Positions 9,757-19,408 of a stretch of 64,000 nt of DNA are shown here, in pieces. The notes beneath the pieces are model-generated. The model worked only from the letters and a program-made list of their open reading frames with translations, searched no databases and was not told the origin of the DNA. Numbering within the stretch: the stretch's first letter is position 1; the number at the start of each line of letters is the position of its first letter. A program made the translations under genes and the position numbers. Source of the stretch: Candidatus Nomurabacteria bacterium RIFCSPLOWO2_01_FULL_42_17 (GTDB lineage: Bacteria > Patescibacteriota > Minisyncoccia > Phycocordibacterales > UBA9973); assembly GCA_001785985.1 (NCBI GenBank), contig MFVE01000002.1, positions 28,600 through 92,599 on the forward strand, read 5' to 3'.

Positions 9757-11730
9757 TCATTTTTTAAGATGCCTAGTAAGAGCTTTCAAAACAATCTCAA
9801 GTTCAATTGTTGCCACACCGATTACTGTGTCTGCCGCACCATAATAAATGTAAAGGAGGTCGCCCTCGCCTTTCCGACGCTCAGGTTGTAGAGCCATACC
9901 GCACGGAAAAACAACATTATTAACGATCCCGACTTTTTCGTAAAACTCTTTTGGCTGAAATATCGGGTCCGTCGTGCGAGCTAGAACTATTGCTGGATCA
10001 TTTAAATCCAGGAGCACCGCCCCTATGCGATAAGTACTATGGCTTTTAGAAACTCCATGATAAAGAAGCAGCCAACCGGATTTTGTTTTTAGGGGCGGCG
10101 CAGAAATGCCAACTTTCGAGTTATCCCAAGAGTTTATCCTTGGTCCTATAATCCTAATGCATTTTTTCACAAACTCTGTTTTGAAATCGAGCGATTTAAT
10201 ATAATCCCCGCATAATTCATTGCCAACACGATGCAAGATGAAGTATCGCCCTTTGATTTTTTCGGGTAAAATACAGGTGTCTTTATCATCAAAACCAGCA
10301 GGAGTGATCAAAATAGGTTTTTCCCATTCCCATTTTTTTTGCAAAAAGTTTTTCTCCGTGATGGAAGTGATAGCGACTCGCGGCGGACCGATGCCATCAA
10401 AAGCCGTGTAGCACATATAAATAATCTTCCCTATTTTGGTCAGACGCGGATCTTCACAACCAGAATTAGCTCCAGCTATTTTTTTTGATTCAAACTCTTC
10501 TCTCGGGCCATAGATGGGCTCTAGTAAACGTTCGTCGATATTCACCCCATCTTTGGTTGCGGCATAGCCGATATAAGAAGTGTTGTCGTCGGAAAATGTG
10601 CGGTACAATATGTGTGTTGTATTTCGAATTCTAAGCACGGCTGGATTGAATGTCGCTTTGGCTTCCCACGGATGTTTTTTGTCGGGAGTAATGATGGGAT
10701 TTTTGTCGGAACGTTTGAAATACCAGCGAGAATTCTCTTCTCTACGCATAGTGCCAAGAAGGTCGCTCAAATTCAAATGGGCGACGCAATTTGTCATATC
10801 CGCTGCTCCGTAATAAATATAAAGAGTGTCCCCGCCTGCCAATCCGCGGGCAGGTTTTTTTATAATGGCGCCTGTTGGGAAAATCACATCGGGAACATGT
10901 CCCAAAAGTTCGTATGATTCTCGAGGAGCAAAGATCGGGCCGTGAGTAAGACCCACAATTTTAAGCGGATCATTTATGTCTAGGAGGACTGCCTCAACCC
11001 CAAAGATACGAGGGAGACCACTCCCGCCAAAATAATTTTGAATGTGTGAATATATCAAGAGCCAGCCATGCGAAGTTTTGACAGGCGGAGCGCCGACTTC
11101 GATATGGTCATAAGGAGATCTTTTAGGATCAATAACGTGCTTATCGACGTTCTTGTACCACTCTTCCCAAAATTTTGGATTCCACAATTCCTCTATCTTG
11201 TCGCATTGCGCTATAGCAATTTTTACGGGAGGCATATCTGTATTGACGGATACGATCACGGTAATCTTACCATTGATGCGCTCGGGGAACAGGGTCATCG
11301 CTTTAGCATTAAAGGGAGTGACTAGATGACGTTCCTTTATTTTTTTGAGATCTTTAGAAATAGCGACAGCGACTTTGATCCCACTAGCTTCAAATGGATA
11401 TTTAGAGAGTGCCGTATAAAATATATAATATTCTCCTTCAAAATAAGTCACCCTCGGATCTTCACAACCATAAATTTCCCATTCTTTTTCCGGTATTATA
11501 AAAGGCATTCGTTCCTTAAAATGTCTGCCATCCCTGCTTTTCCCAATCCCAATGATCGAAATCTGTTCGGGTGTACGCAGTCTGTCTACCGCCGAAATAG
11601 CGCGATAAACGCCATAAAACATTCTGCCCGCTTTGACGACACTCATATTGAAAGAGGCGTAAGCCTCCCAATAATGGTCTTTGTCCGGAACAAGAATTGG
11701 ATTGTGATGTGATCTTTTTACGACAAACAT
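9757..11730 (-). CDS. Tandem two-domain GH130-like glycoside phosphorylase/hydrolase
   Basis: Two repeats of NP.....GCEDPR....YTA....FP.G....YYGAAD. Confidence 0.85.
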   Translation of the reverse strand: MFVVKRSHHNPILVPDKDHYWEAYASFNMSVVKAGRMFYGVYRAISAVDRLRTPEQISIIGIGKSRDGRHFKERMPFIIPEKEWEIYGCEDPRVTYFEGEYYIFYTALSKYPFEASGIKVAVAISKDLKKIKERHLVTPFNAKAMTLFPERINGKITVIVSVNTDMPPVKIAIAQCDKIEELWNPKFWEEWYKNVDKHVIDPKRSPYDHIEVGAPPVKTSHGWLLIYSHIQNYFGGSGLPRIFGVEAVLLDINDPLKIVGLTHGPIFAPRESYELLGHVPDVIFPTGAIIKKPARGLAGGDTLYIYYGAADMTNCVAHLNLSDLLGTMRREENSRWYFKRSDKNPIITPDKKHPWEAKATFNPAVLRIRNTTHILYRTFSDDNTSYIGYAATKDGVNIDERLLEPIYGPREEFESKKIAGANSGCEDPRLTKIGKIIYMCYTAFDGIGPPRVAITSITEKNFLQKKWEWEKPILITPAGFDDKDTCILPEKIKGRYFILHRVGNELCGDYIKSLDFKTEFVKKCIRIIGPRINSWDNSKVGISAPPLKTKSGWLLLYHGVSKSHSTYRIGAVLLDLNDPAIVLARTTDPIFQPKEFYEKVGIVNNVVFPCGMALQPERRKGEGDLLYIYYGAADTVIGVATIELEIVLKALTRHLKK

Positions 11731-11733
11731 AAA

Positions 11734-12936
11734 TTATCTTTTAATAATATTAATTTTTAACTTGGAACCACTCCTTTGAGTCAGTTCTTGCAAAAATTTA
11801 TCCAAATCTGCGGTAGCGACGCAGGAAACTTTGTCCGCGCCCCCGTAATACACAAATAATTTTCCATCTTTAATAATTGCCCCGCAAGAATACACCACCC
11901 CCTCTTTGTATCCTTCGTTTTCATACCATTCATCTGGCTCCAAAATTGGCTGCTTGGAATCATAGAGAATCTTGGTCGGATCTTTCAGGTCTAAAATCAT
12001 CGCCCAGAGCTTGTAGCGATGCGTTTCACCCTTTTCCATCTTATGGTATAAAATCAGCCAGCCATATTTCGTATGAAGCGGTGTGGGCCCGACTCCCCTG
12101 ATCAACTTATCTCGCGCTCCCCACATGGGACTGCCCTGATGAATGCTATAAATGTATTTAGTCCCATCAAGTTCATCCAGACTGTCGAGGTAATCTATCA
12201 TTATTCGCGGAGAAATACTGTGCAAGATCGCGTATTTTTCTTTTCCGTCTTTTTTTATTTTTTCTGGAAAAAGCACCCAATTTTTATTTATCTGTCCGGG
12301 AGGAGAGATCAATACCGGGGACCGCCAGTTCCAGCGATGCGAAATAAAATCTTCCAAACTGATAGAAGTCAAAGTCATGCGGACAGATCCCCATCCGTCA
12401 AAAGCCGTATAGATCATGTACAGCCTATCGCCTAAAAGAGTGAGACGAGGATCCTCACAGCCGCCGCCCCATCCTCCGCCGGAGCCATAAGAGATAAGAG
12501 AAATAAGTGGAAAAGTATCTCTATTTTGTGGCGGGCAATGAAAATAGACGGGTTCTGGCAAACTTTTAGAAATCGTTACCCCATCCTTGCTCACCGCATA
12601 ACCCAAAACCGAATTATCAGAATCTCCGATTGCTCTATAAACAATGTGCACCTTGCCATCATGATAAAGGGCAGTAGGATTGAAGGTAGCTTTTGATTCC
12701 CAATATCTTTTACTGGTTGGTTCGATAATGGGATTTTTTTTAAATCTTTTGAGGTCAAGAACAGTTACCTTTCTGCCAATTTTTATAATTTTTGCAGTTT
12801 TTATTTTGCGGCGGCGAACTTCCGCCCCGACGCGACGCACTACTCGCTTAGAGCTTGGGCTCCTTTTGGCTGAAGATTTGATTCGAGATCCCGACCCATT
12901 CAGGCGTTTTGTTGTCTTTTTTTTAGGCGCGGCCAT
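11734..12936 (-). CDS. GH130-like glycosidase with basic N-terminal tail
   Basis: ATFNP, GCEDPR, KNWVLF, VVYSCG, YYGGAD; about 55 K/R-rich residues at the N-terminus. Confidence 0.85.
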   Translation of the reverse strand: MAAPKKKTTKRLNGSGSRIKSSAKRSPSSKRVVRRVGAEVRRRKIKTAKIIKIGRKVTVLDLKRFKKNPIIEPTSKRYWESKATFNPTALYHDGKVHIVYRAIGDSDNSVLGYAVSKDGVTISKSLPEPVYFHCPPQNRDTFPLISLISYGSGGGWGGGCEDPRLTLLGDRLYMIYTAFDGWGSVRMTLTSISLEDFISHRWNWRSPVLISPPGQINKNWVLFPEKIKKDGKEKYAILHSISPRIMIDYLDSLDELDGTKYIYSIHQGSPMWGARDKLIRGVGPTPLHTKYGWLILYHKMEKGETHRYKLWAMILDLKDPTKILYDSKQPILEPDEWYENEGYKEGVVYSCGAIIKDGKLFVYYGGADKVSCVATADLDKFLQELTQRSGSKLKINIIKR

Positions 12937-13273
12937 ATTTATCTTCTATTCTGACAATATCATTTTCATCAAAATCCCCAGAAGAGATTTCCAAAATTTC
13001 CGCATCAGTAGAGGCAGCATAAACACGATGATTTGTTTTTGGTAATATTACAAATTCATCTCCGAACTTTGCATTTATGATAGATTCGCCCAAAGTAATC
13101 TCCGGAGTACCAGAAAGAACTTTCCAAAACTCAGTCCGATGATTATGATATTGCAAACTAAAAGCCTCACCCTTTTTTACAAAAATAATTTTTACAGTTG
13201 ATAAACTATTATGAGTAAACTGTCTAAAATTACCCCACGGACGCTCCTCTTGAAATGGTTTAAATTCTGACAT
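12923..13273 (-). CDS. Type II mannose-6-phosphate isomerase C-terminal cupin
   Basis: RPWG, SLQYHNHRTEFW, EISSGDFDENDIVRIEDKYGR. Confidence 0.9.
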   Translation of the reverse strand: MSEFKPFQEERPWGNFRQFTHNSLSTVKIIFVKKGEAFSLQYHNHRTEFWKVLSGTPEITLGESIINAKFGDEFVILPKTNHRVYAASTDAEILEISSGDFDENDIVRIEDKYGRA

Positions 13274-13288
13274 ATTCCTAATATTGTA

Positions 13289-14080
13289 TCATAGAATCCT
13301 TTTAATGATTGCCTTGGTTTCTTCGGGTCCCTTGACCTGCAGGTGATCAACTCCGGTTTTTACCACAGCATAGTCATTCCCACCCGGAAAAATCGCGTCC
13401 CCAATAAAAAGCATTTTATTTATTGGGATTTTTAAGTGTTTTTCGATCTGGTGAATACCGTAAGCTTTATTAATCCCTTTTTTGGTTATATCAATTGTTG
13501 TAAATCCAGCGGCATGAACCTCTAGATCGGGAAGTTTTTTGGATAATAATCCGGCAATTTTCATTTTAAGTTTAAAATTATTTCTAGACCATTCTTCCTT
13601 CATTTTCACTCCTTTATCACCCAATTCTGCTACTAGGTCCTGTCCATAGACAGAAAAAGAAATTTGAGTTCCTCTGTGTTCAATTATTTTTCCATAAGTT
13701 TTTTGCGGATGCTCATAGCCAATTTCTTTAAATACGTCTTTAAATGCTTTTGTAATCTTTTTTGATTCCGAAACAGTCAAATGTAAAGCGTAAACTTTTT
13801 TCCAACCGCTACTGTACCTATAAAAAGCAGTGGCGGTAGTTGGAAATAGAAAAAGTTTTTTTAAAAGTTCTTTAGAACATTTTAGTTTACGCAAGAAGAG
13901 TTCTTGAAAGATAGAATATTTTCCCCCGCCGATGATAGCGACTTTCTTAGCCACGAGGAGCTTCGCCATCAATCGAGACATATCCGCTTCCATCGGCGAT
14001 TTAGTCCGGATAATCGTGCCGTCTAAATCAAAAACAATTAAATCTTTTTGCTGAAGTTTTTTTAAATTTAAAATTTTCAT
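13289..14080 (-). CDS. HAD-IIB hydrolase, phosphomannomutase-like
   Basis: FDLDGT, IEHRGTQISFS, GFTTIDIT..GINK, FIGDAIFPGGNDY. Confidence 0.85.
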   Translation of the reverse strand: MKILNLKKLQQKDLIVFDLDGTIIRTKSPMEADMSRLMAKLLVAKKVAIIGGGKYSIFQELFLRKLKCSKELLKKLFLFPTTATAFYRYSSGWKKVYALHLTVSESKKITKAFKDVFKEIGYEHPQKTYGKIIEHRGTQISFSVYGQDLVAELGDKGVKMKEEWSRNNFKLKMKIAGLLSKKLPDLEVHAAGFTTIDITKKGINKAYGIHQIEKHLKIPINKMLFIGDAIFPGGNDYAVVKTGVDHLQVKGPEETKAIIKRIL

Positions 14081-14551
14081 CTATTTCTTGCTTATTTTTA
14101 TTTTTCTTTTTTGCGCTTTTTTTACCAATTCTGAAGAACTTTGGACCTTGCCGCCAAAACCGACATCATTGACTATCTTACAACCTATTTTGTCGCAAAC
14201 TAAAACTTCTGGGGTCGGAAGATTCCCAGTATGGCGATCGCCTCCTTTGGCAAAAATGTGTGGACGCAAAGACAATATATCTTTGCTGATACTGATATCT
14301 TTTGTATTTTTTTTGTGACTGCTTAAAATGACGCGATCAACCGGTTCGAAGGCTTCGATGATTTCCTTGCGCTCGTGTTCCGGCATAAAAACATAACCCT
14401 TCTTCAACTTGAGCCAATTATCATTGTTGATCACAACCACGAGCTCATCCCCCAAGCGTTTGGCTTCTTTGAAGAGCCGGACATGGCCGATATGCACCGG
14501 ATCAAACCCCCCGCTCACCATGACTATTTTCTTTGATTTTTTTTTCTTCAT
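14081..14551 (-). CDS. Cytidylyltransferase-family protein
   Basis: SGGFDPVHIGH motif, KGGDR, KVQSSS. Confidence 0.85.
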   Translation of the reverse strand: MKKKKSKKIVMVSGGFDPVHIGHVRLFKEAKRLGDELVVVINNDNWLKLKKGYVFMPEHERKEIIEAFEPVDRVILSSHKKNTKDISISKDILSLRPHIFAKGGDRHTGNLPTPEVLVCDKIGCKIVNDVGFGGKVQSSSELVKKAQKRKIKISKK

Positions 14552-14574
14552 ATATTACTGGGGTTATTATATAT

Positions 14575-15072
14575 TTATTTAAAGTAACTATCAAAGTATA
14601 TCGCATGGCAAGTGTATCCGCCAGGATTTTTCTCTAAATAGTCTTGATGGTAATCTTCCGCCGGATAAAACTTTGCTAACGGTTCTAATGTTGTCACTAC
14701 CGGATCACTCCAACGCTTGGATTTATTGACAATGTCTATGAAATCCTCTGCTTCTTTTTTCTCCTCTTCATTACTATAAAAAATAGCTGAACGATAGGAA
14801 GTGCCCTGGTCGTTGCCTTGCTGATTGAGCGTAGTGGGATTGTGTATTTGGAAGAAAAAATCGAGCAACTTTTTGTAAGAAGTTTTTTGGTCGTCGTATT
14901 CTATCTCTACTGCTTCCGCATGACCTTCGTGATCCTCATAAGTCGGCGCTTGTGGTGAGCTTGTCGAACCACCCGTATAGCCAACGGTCGTCCCTATTAC
15001 GCCTTCTTGTTTTCTAATTAAATCTTCTAAACCCCAAAAACATCCTCCTGCTAATACAATTTTTTTTGTCAT
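14575..15072 (-). CDS. msrA: Peptide-methionine (S)-S-oxide reductase
   Basis: [21 protein letters not shown]. Confidence 0.96.
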   Translation of the reverse strand: MTKKIVLAGGCFWGLEDLIRKQEGVIGTTVGYTGGSTSSPQAPTYEDHEGHAEAVEIEYDDQKTSYKKLLDFFFQIHNPTTLNQQGNDQGTSYRSAIFYSNEEEKKEAEDFIDIVNKSKRWSDPVVTTLEPLAKFYPAEDYHQDYLEKNPGGYTCHAIYFDSYFK

Positions 15073-15073
15073 A

Positions 15074-15427
15074 TTACTTTGATAAAAATTTCATTGATAT
15101 CGAATTCACGCAATGCCGGATATTTTTTTCTGTTAAATGTTCGCCTTTGAATAAATGCCCCAGATGCCCGCCGCATCTAGCGCAGGTGATCTCGGTGCGC
15201 ATGGCGTCTTTGTCTAGACTTTTATTTATTGCGCCCGGTATCTCATCGTCAAAACTGGGCCAGCCGCAGGTGGACTCAAATTTTTGTGCGGAAGTATAAA
15301 GTGGCGCATCGCACTGACGACAGACATACATGCCGTTTTCTTTGTTATTTACATACTCGCCGGTAAAAGGCGTTTCTGTCCCCTTTTCAATAATCACTCG
15401 CCTCTCTTCAGCTGTAAGCTGATTCAT
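15074..15427 (-). CDS. msrB: Peptide-methionine (R)-S-oxide reductase
   Basis: GTE.PF, GWPSF, HLGHLF, RHCVNS. Confidence 0.96.
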   Translation of the reverse strand: MNQLTAEERRVIIEKGTETPFTGEYVNNKENGMYVCRQCDAPLYTSAQKFESTCGWPSFDDEIPGAINKSLDKDAMRTEITCARCGGHLGHLFKGEHLTEKNIRHCVNSISMKFLSK

Positions 15428-15463
15428 GCATAAATTATAACATAAAATAAATTATCCTAGCCA

Positions 15464-15494
15464 AACTTGCGTTAGGTCTTGCCTAACGCAAGTT
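15464..15494. repeat. REP-like palindrome 1 (RAYT-associated)
   Basis: AACTTGCGTTAGG-TCTTG-CCTAACGCAAGTT; contains the transposase stop codon. Confidence 0.85.
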
Positions 15495-16142
15495 AAGCCA
15501 CTCAAATATTTCTGCAACAAATGAATTTTTGTTAGGAAAATAATTTGGAAATGATTCTATATTTAATATTTTATTTTGAATTCTTTTTTCTTCTATATAA
15601 TCTAGATAACTTGAATAAGAATATTGATTTAAATAGACTACGGCTTCTTTTTTATTTTTAATCCCCTTTTCCTTCCAATCCTTTTGAATTAATTTGATTG
15701 GATTTAAATGTATATATGAAAATAAGTATTTCAAATGACGATCCGTGTCTGCGTGTTGTGATTTAAACTTACCCTCAAATAATCCGCCGGTTCTTTCATA
15801 TTTTTTATTGTAATACATTGAATAAGCAGTGCCCAGTTTCTGCATAAATTTACTTATTCCGCCTTCTGTTATTTCGGTTATTAAGATGTGAAAGTGATTG
15901 GGCATCAAACAATATGCTCCTATATTAACGAGAAGATTGTTCCTTTCTATCTCATAAATATTAAAATTGTGGTCTCTGGCTAAATCATAAAGATTAAAGT
16001 TTTCACTCGTATTTGAAATATAAAGTAAAGAAATAAATCTTAAATAATCTTCCTTGTCGTGAAAAATTTTTTGTTTACTATTGCCACGATTGTAAATGTG
16101 GTAATACTCACCTTCAACAAAAGGTGTCAGCCTGATAGACAT
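15483..16142 (-). mobile_element. REP-associated tyrosine (HUH, IS200-like) transposase, RAYT type
   Basis: YYHIYNRG, YCLMPNHFH (HUH), YIHLNP, YSYSS; bracketed by REP hairpins; start taken at MSIRL. Confidence 0.9.
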
Positions 16143-16165
16143 AAGAATATAATAGCAAATAACTC

Positions 16166-16190
16166 TTGCGTTAGGCAAGACCTAACGCAA
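16166..16190. repeat. REP-like palindrome 2 (opposite orientation)
   Basis: TTGCGTTAGG-CAAGA-CCTAACGCAA. Confidence 0.85.
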
Positions 16191-16272
16191 AATCGTATCT
16201 AATTTTTTGGCTCTAAACTTGAGAAGATGTTGTAAATACTTTTATTAAAAAAGGTATGCTAATATTGATTAA

Positions 16273-16878
16273 ATGGAAAATATTAAAGTAATTGTGAGTA
16301 TTTTTGCCATCCTATTAACATGCGTGGCATATATCCCATACATTAGGGATACCCGAAAGGGAAAAACTACACCACATGCTTTTACATGGTTTGTGTGGGG
16401 GCTGTCCACTACGCTTGCTTTTGCTTTACAGTTAAGCGCCGGCGGCGGCATCGGCTCATATGTAACTTTAATAATCGGGGTTGCTGCCTTTTCGATTTTT
16501 GGATTAAGCTTATTTAAAGGAGAAAAACATATCACCAAATCCGATGTCGTGTTTTTTATTTTAGCTCTAGTCGCCTTGGGATTTTGGGTAATCGCTGAAA
16601 AACCAATTATTTCTGTAATATTGATATCTCTCACGAATACTTTAGCTTTTGCGCCAACAGTACGAAAATCTTGGAAAAAGCCTTTTTCGGAGACATTATT
16701 CACGTATATATTAAACTGCACAAGACAATGTCTAAACCTACTCGCATTAGAGAATTACAATCTTATCACTTCCCTTTTCCCTGCATCACAAATACTTGTT
16801 ACACTTTCATTTATTATCTTTATTTTGATCAGAAGAAGTTTACAGAAAAAAGAAATACAAAATACAACAAGATATTAA
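16273..16878 (+). CDS. Multi-pass membrane protein (PQ-loop-like)
   Basis: About 6-7 hydrophobic segments; PYIRD..KG.T.P and PTVRKSWKKP.SE motifs. Confidence 0.7.
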   Translation: MENIKVIVSIFAILLTCVAYIPYIRDTRKGKTTPHAFTWFVWGLSTTLAFALQLSAGGGIGSYVTLIIGVAAFSIFGLSLFKGEKHITKSDVVFFILALVALGFWVIAEKPIISVILISLTNTLAFAPTVRKSWKKPFSETLFTYILNCTRQCLNLLALENYNLITSLFPASQILVTLSFIIFILIRRSLQKKEIQNTTRY

Positions 16879-16932
16879 ATCCGTTTAGACGAATCTTGTA
16901 AAAATTTTATAGGCTCTGAGGTAGGGATATTC

Positions 16933-16955
16933 TGCGTTAGGTCTTGCCTAACGCA
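16933..16955. repeat. REP-like palindrome 3
   Basis: TGCGTTAGG-TCTTG-CCTAACGCA. Confidence 0.85.
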
Positions 16956-16959
16956 AAGT

Positions 16960-17085
16960 TTATCGAGACTTCCTACGGAGAGCTTTTTTCGCAAGCATTT
17001 CTCTCTTTATCCCAAGTCGCTTCTTGGTCTTATGAGAACGTCTGGACCTATTTTTAGGACTAAGTGTGGTGTTTCTTTTTGCCAT
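16960..17085 (-). CDS. 41-aa highly basic small protein (below the ORF-track cutoff)
   Basis: MAKRNTTLSPKNRSRRSHKTKKRLGIKREMLAKKALRRKSR*; TATAAT 6 nt before the ATG. Confidence 0.65.
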   Translation of the reverse strand: MAKRNTTLSPKNRSRRSHKTKKRLGIKREMLAKKALRRKSR

Positions 17086-17244
17086 AGCCCCATTATAACA
17101 ATAAGTGAGGAGCATAAGCAAATACATTTGTTTGATGTCCGAGCGCCATTGTTATATGGTAATCCATATAGCACATTTCCCTACTCGTGTATAACCCGGT
17201 AGTGAGACTTTCTTAAAAGCTCTACTACCGGGTATAATGTATCT

Positions 17245-18291
17245 ATGAATTATAAATTCTTCACTAATTCAGAGAAAGCTTGGGAAGCGATGTTTAGAGA
17301 CATAACAAACGCCCAAAAATCCATTTATCTGGAGATGTATATTTTCCAAAACGATATGGAACAGTTTAATTTCTTTAACTTGCTGAAAGAAAAAGCCCAA
17401 AAAGGCCTGCAGGTTAAAATAATCATCGATGCTTTCGGAAGCGTCTGGTTGAAGAGCAGCGCCGTCTCTGAATTAAAAAAAGCAGGGATAGAAATTCTCA
17501 CCCTATCTTACCTGCTCCACCACATGCACAGAAAAGTCTTGGTGGTAGACGAACGAATTGCCTTTATTGGGGGCGTGAATCTTTATCAAACTGCGAGATT
17601 TTGGAATGATCTAATGGTCAGAATAAAAGGCAACCTGGTAAAAAAAGTGGTGATGTCTTTCGCAAAATCTTACACAAACGCCGGAGGCAAAGACCCAATG
17701 CTCCTTTCGAAAAACAACAGGAGGACAAGAACCAAAATGGATACTTCGATAGTGGAGCATCATCCTTTCAAAAAAAAGTTTCATTTCAAAGGGATGTACA
17801 AAAAATATTTTAACCAGGCAGAAAAGAACATCACCTTGATTACTCCGTATTTTTTACCAAAACGTTGGCTCGCCGCGGCTCTGCATCAAGCAGTCTTGCG
17901 CGGAGTTAGAGTGGAGGTACTAGTGCCAAAGAACGCTGGAAACTTCATGATTGACCGCGTAAATTATTTTTATATATACAAACTCTCAAGGTTAGGCATC
18001 GAGTTTCATATGGAAGAAAAAATGAATCACGCCAAGGCCATCATCATCGACCAGAGAGAAGCGATGGTCGGATCGCAAAATCTAGACTTTTGGTCTTTTG
18101 ATTTTAATTCAGAAATAGGCATTTTCTTTAGGGACGCAAAGGCAGTCTCAAAACTTTGTTATATCGCAAGCGAGTGGAAAAAGGATGCTGTTTTATTTGA
18201 CTACAAAATTCATAAGCCAAAATGGTTTGACTATATTATGTCGCCGATCATAAATCTTTTTTCTTTCTTTTCCAGAATCTTTTTAGATTAG
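17245..18291 (+). CDS. Cardiolipin synthase-like phospholipase D
   Basis: Two HKD motifs, HRKVLVVD and HAKAIIID. Confidence 0.9.
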   Translation: MNYKFFTNSEKAWEAMFRDITNAQKSIYLEMYIFQNDMEQFNFFNLLKEKAQKGLQVKIIIDAFGSVWLKSSAVSELKKAGIEILTLSYLLHHMHRKVLVVDERIAFIGGVNLYQTARFWNDLMVRIKGNLVKKVVMSFAKSYTNAGGKDPMLLSKNNRRTRTKMDTSIVEHHPFKKKFHFKGMYKKYFNQAEKNITLITPYFLPKRWLAAALHQAVLRGVRVEVLVPKNAGNFMIDRVNYFYIYKLSRLGIEFHMEEKMNHAKAIIIDQREAMVGSQNLDFWSFDFNSEIGIFFRDAKAVSKLCYIASEWKKDAVLFDYKIHKPKWFDYIMSPIINLFSFFSRIFLD

Positions 18292-18300
18292 CAAAAAAGA

Positions 18301-18828
18301 TTAAGATTGTTTTTTCAGCCAATCGATCATTGCTCGGAAGGTGTCAGCGCCTGCCTCTCCATCAGCATTTAGTCCTGAGGCTTTTTGGAAGGCCATCACT
18401 GCTTTCACTGTCCCTTCGCCATAGTCATTATCAATTTTATTGGAGGTATTGTTATAAATATTTAAAAACTTTTGCACCGTGCCGACTCTCGTCCCCCGAG
18501 ACTTCAGCTTCAGAAAAATATTATCATCGATGAGTTTTTGCAACTCATTTATAAGATCCTGATATTTATATACGATCACCGCGCTCGCCGCGGGAGCGGG
18601 TGGCGGCGTCAGCTCTGCCAACTTAAACTGCAAGGTGCTCTTTTCCCCGCTTAGTTTTTTTATTTCTTTCGCTAGCTCCGCATTCTGTTTTTCGAGCGCC
18701 TGAATTCTCTGTCTTGCTTTGCTCTCCGGTCCGGATTGCAAGGTGCTGATAGACCAGTATCCGAGAATTCCCACTAGAGCCAAAGTAACAACTGAAAATA
18801 ATATGAATTTTAATTTTTCCATATACAT
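18301..18828 (-). CDS. Membrane-anchored coiled-coil protein with peptidoglycan-binding domain
   Basis: N-terminal TM; DYGEGTVKAVMAFQ...GLNADGEAG (PG_binding_1-like). Confidence 0.8.
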   Translation of the reverse strand: MYMEKLKFILFSVVTLALVGILGYWSISTLQSGPESKARQRIQALEKQNAELAKEIKKLSGEKSTLQFKLAELTPPPAPAASAVIVYKYQDLINELQKLIDDNIFLKLKSRGTRVGTVQKFLNIYNNTSNKIDNDYGEGTVKAVMAFQKASGLNADGEAGADTFRAMIDWLKKQS

Positions 18829-18893
18829 TATTCTAACAAAAATATTTAGAAATGGGTAGACGGATATTTATAATGATATTTAGAAAAATATCA

Positions 18894-19088
18894 TTAATTA
18901 TGTTTTGCCATTCGAAAACCCTGAAAAGAAAGATAGAAAGCTACCACAACTGCCACAAAGCTAATCCACATCGGAATGACAAAGCTACCTATCTGAGCTT
19001 CCCAACCATTTAATAAGCGCAAGATATGCAAAATGCCTATAATTAAAAATATAACGGAAACGACATAAACAAATTTATTTTTAGTCAT
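18894..19088 (-). CDS. Small two-TM membrane protein
   Basis: IFLIIGILHILRL...W...IPMW pattern. Confidence 0.65.
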   Translation of the reverse strand: MTKNKFVYVVSVIFLIIGILHILRLLNGWEAQIGSFVIPMWISFVAVVVAFYLSFQGFRMAKHN

Positions 19089-19215
19089 ATGTATATTTTA
19101 TACCAACAGTTTTAAATAGCAATCCTTGCAATAACGTTGTGTAAAAAGTATTATTCTATGTTGTTTTTTTTATGATTTCTGATAATATAATAGGGTTCTT
19201 TGAATTTAAGTAAAT

Positions 19216-19287
19216 TCCGGGGTAGCTCAGCGGTAGAGCGATCGCCTGTTAAGCGATTGGTCGTAGGTTCGATCCCTACCCCCGGAG
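19216..19287 (+). tRNA. tRNA-Asn(GUU), no intron, CCA not encoded
   Basis: Cloverleaf TCCGGGG/CCCCGGA, anticodon arm ATCGC-CTGTTAA-GCGAT. Confidence 0.95.
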
Positions 19288-19306
19288 CCCCCGGTTATAA
19301 AAACAA

Positions 19307-19379
19307 GGGCCGTTAGCTCATCTGGTAGAGCACCTCATTTGCAATGAGGGGGTGGCAGGTTCGAGTCCTGTACGGTCCA
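19307..19379 (+). tRNA. tRNA-Ala(UGC)
   Basis: CCTCA-TTTGCAA-TGAGG, G3:U70 pair. Confidence 0.95.
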
Positions 19380-19408
19380 CAAAAATTTGCCTTTGGTGAA
19401 TTTTTTAT

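Noticed and set aside
19216-19287. Intron in tRNA-Asn
   Set aside because: The gene is contiguous with a normal 7-nt anticodon loop
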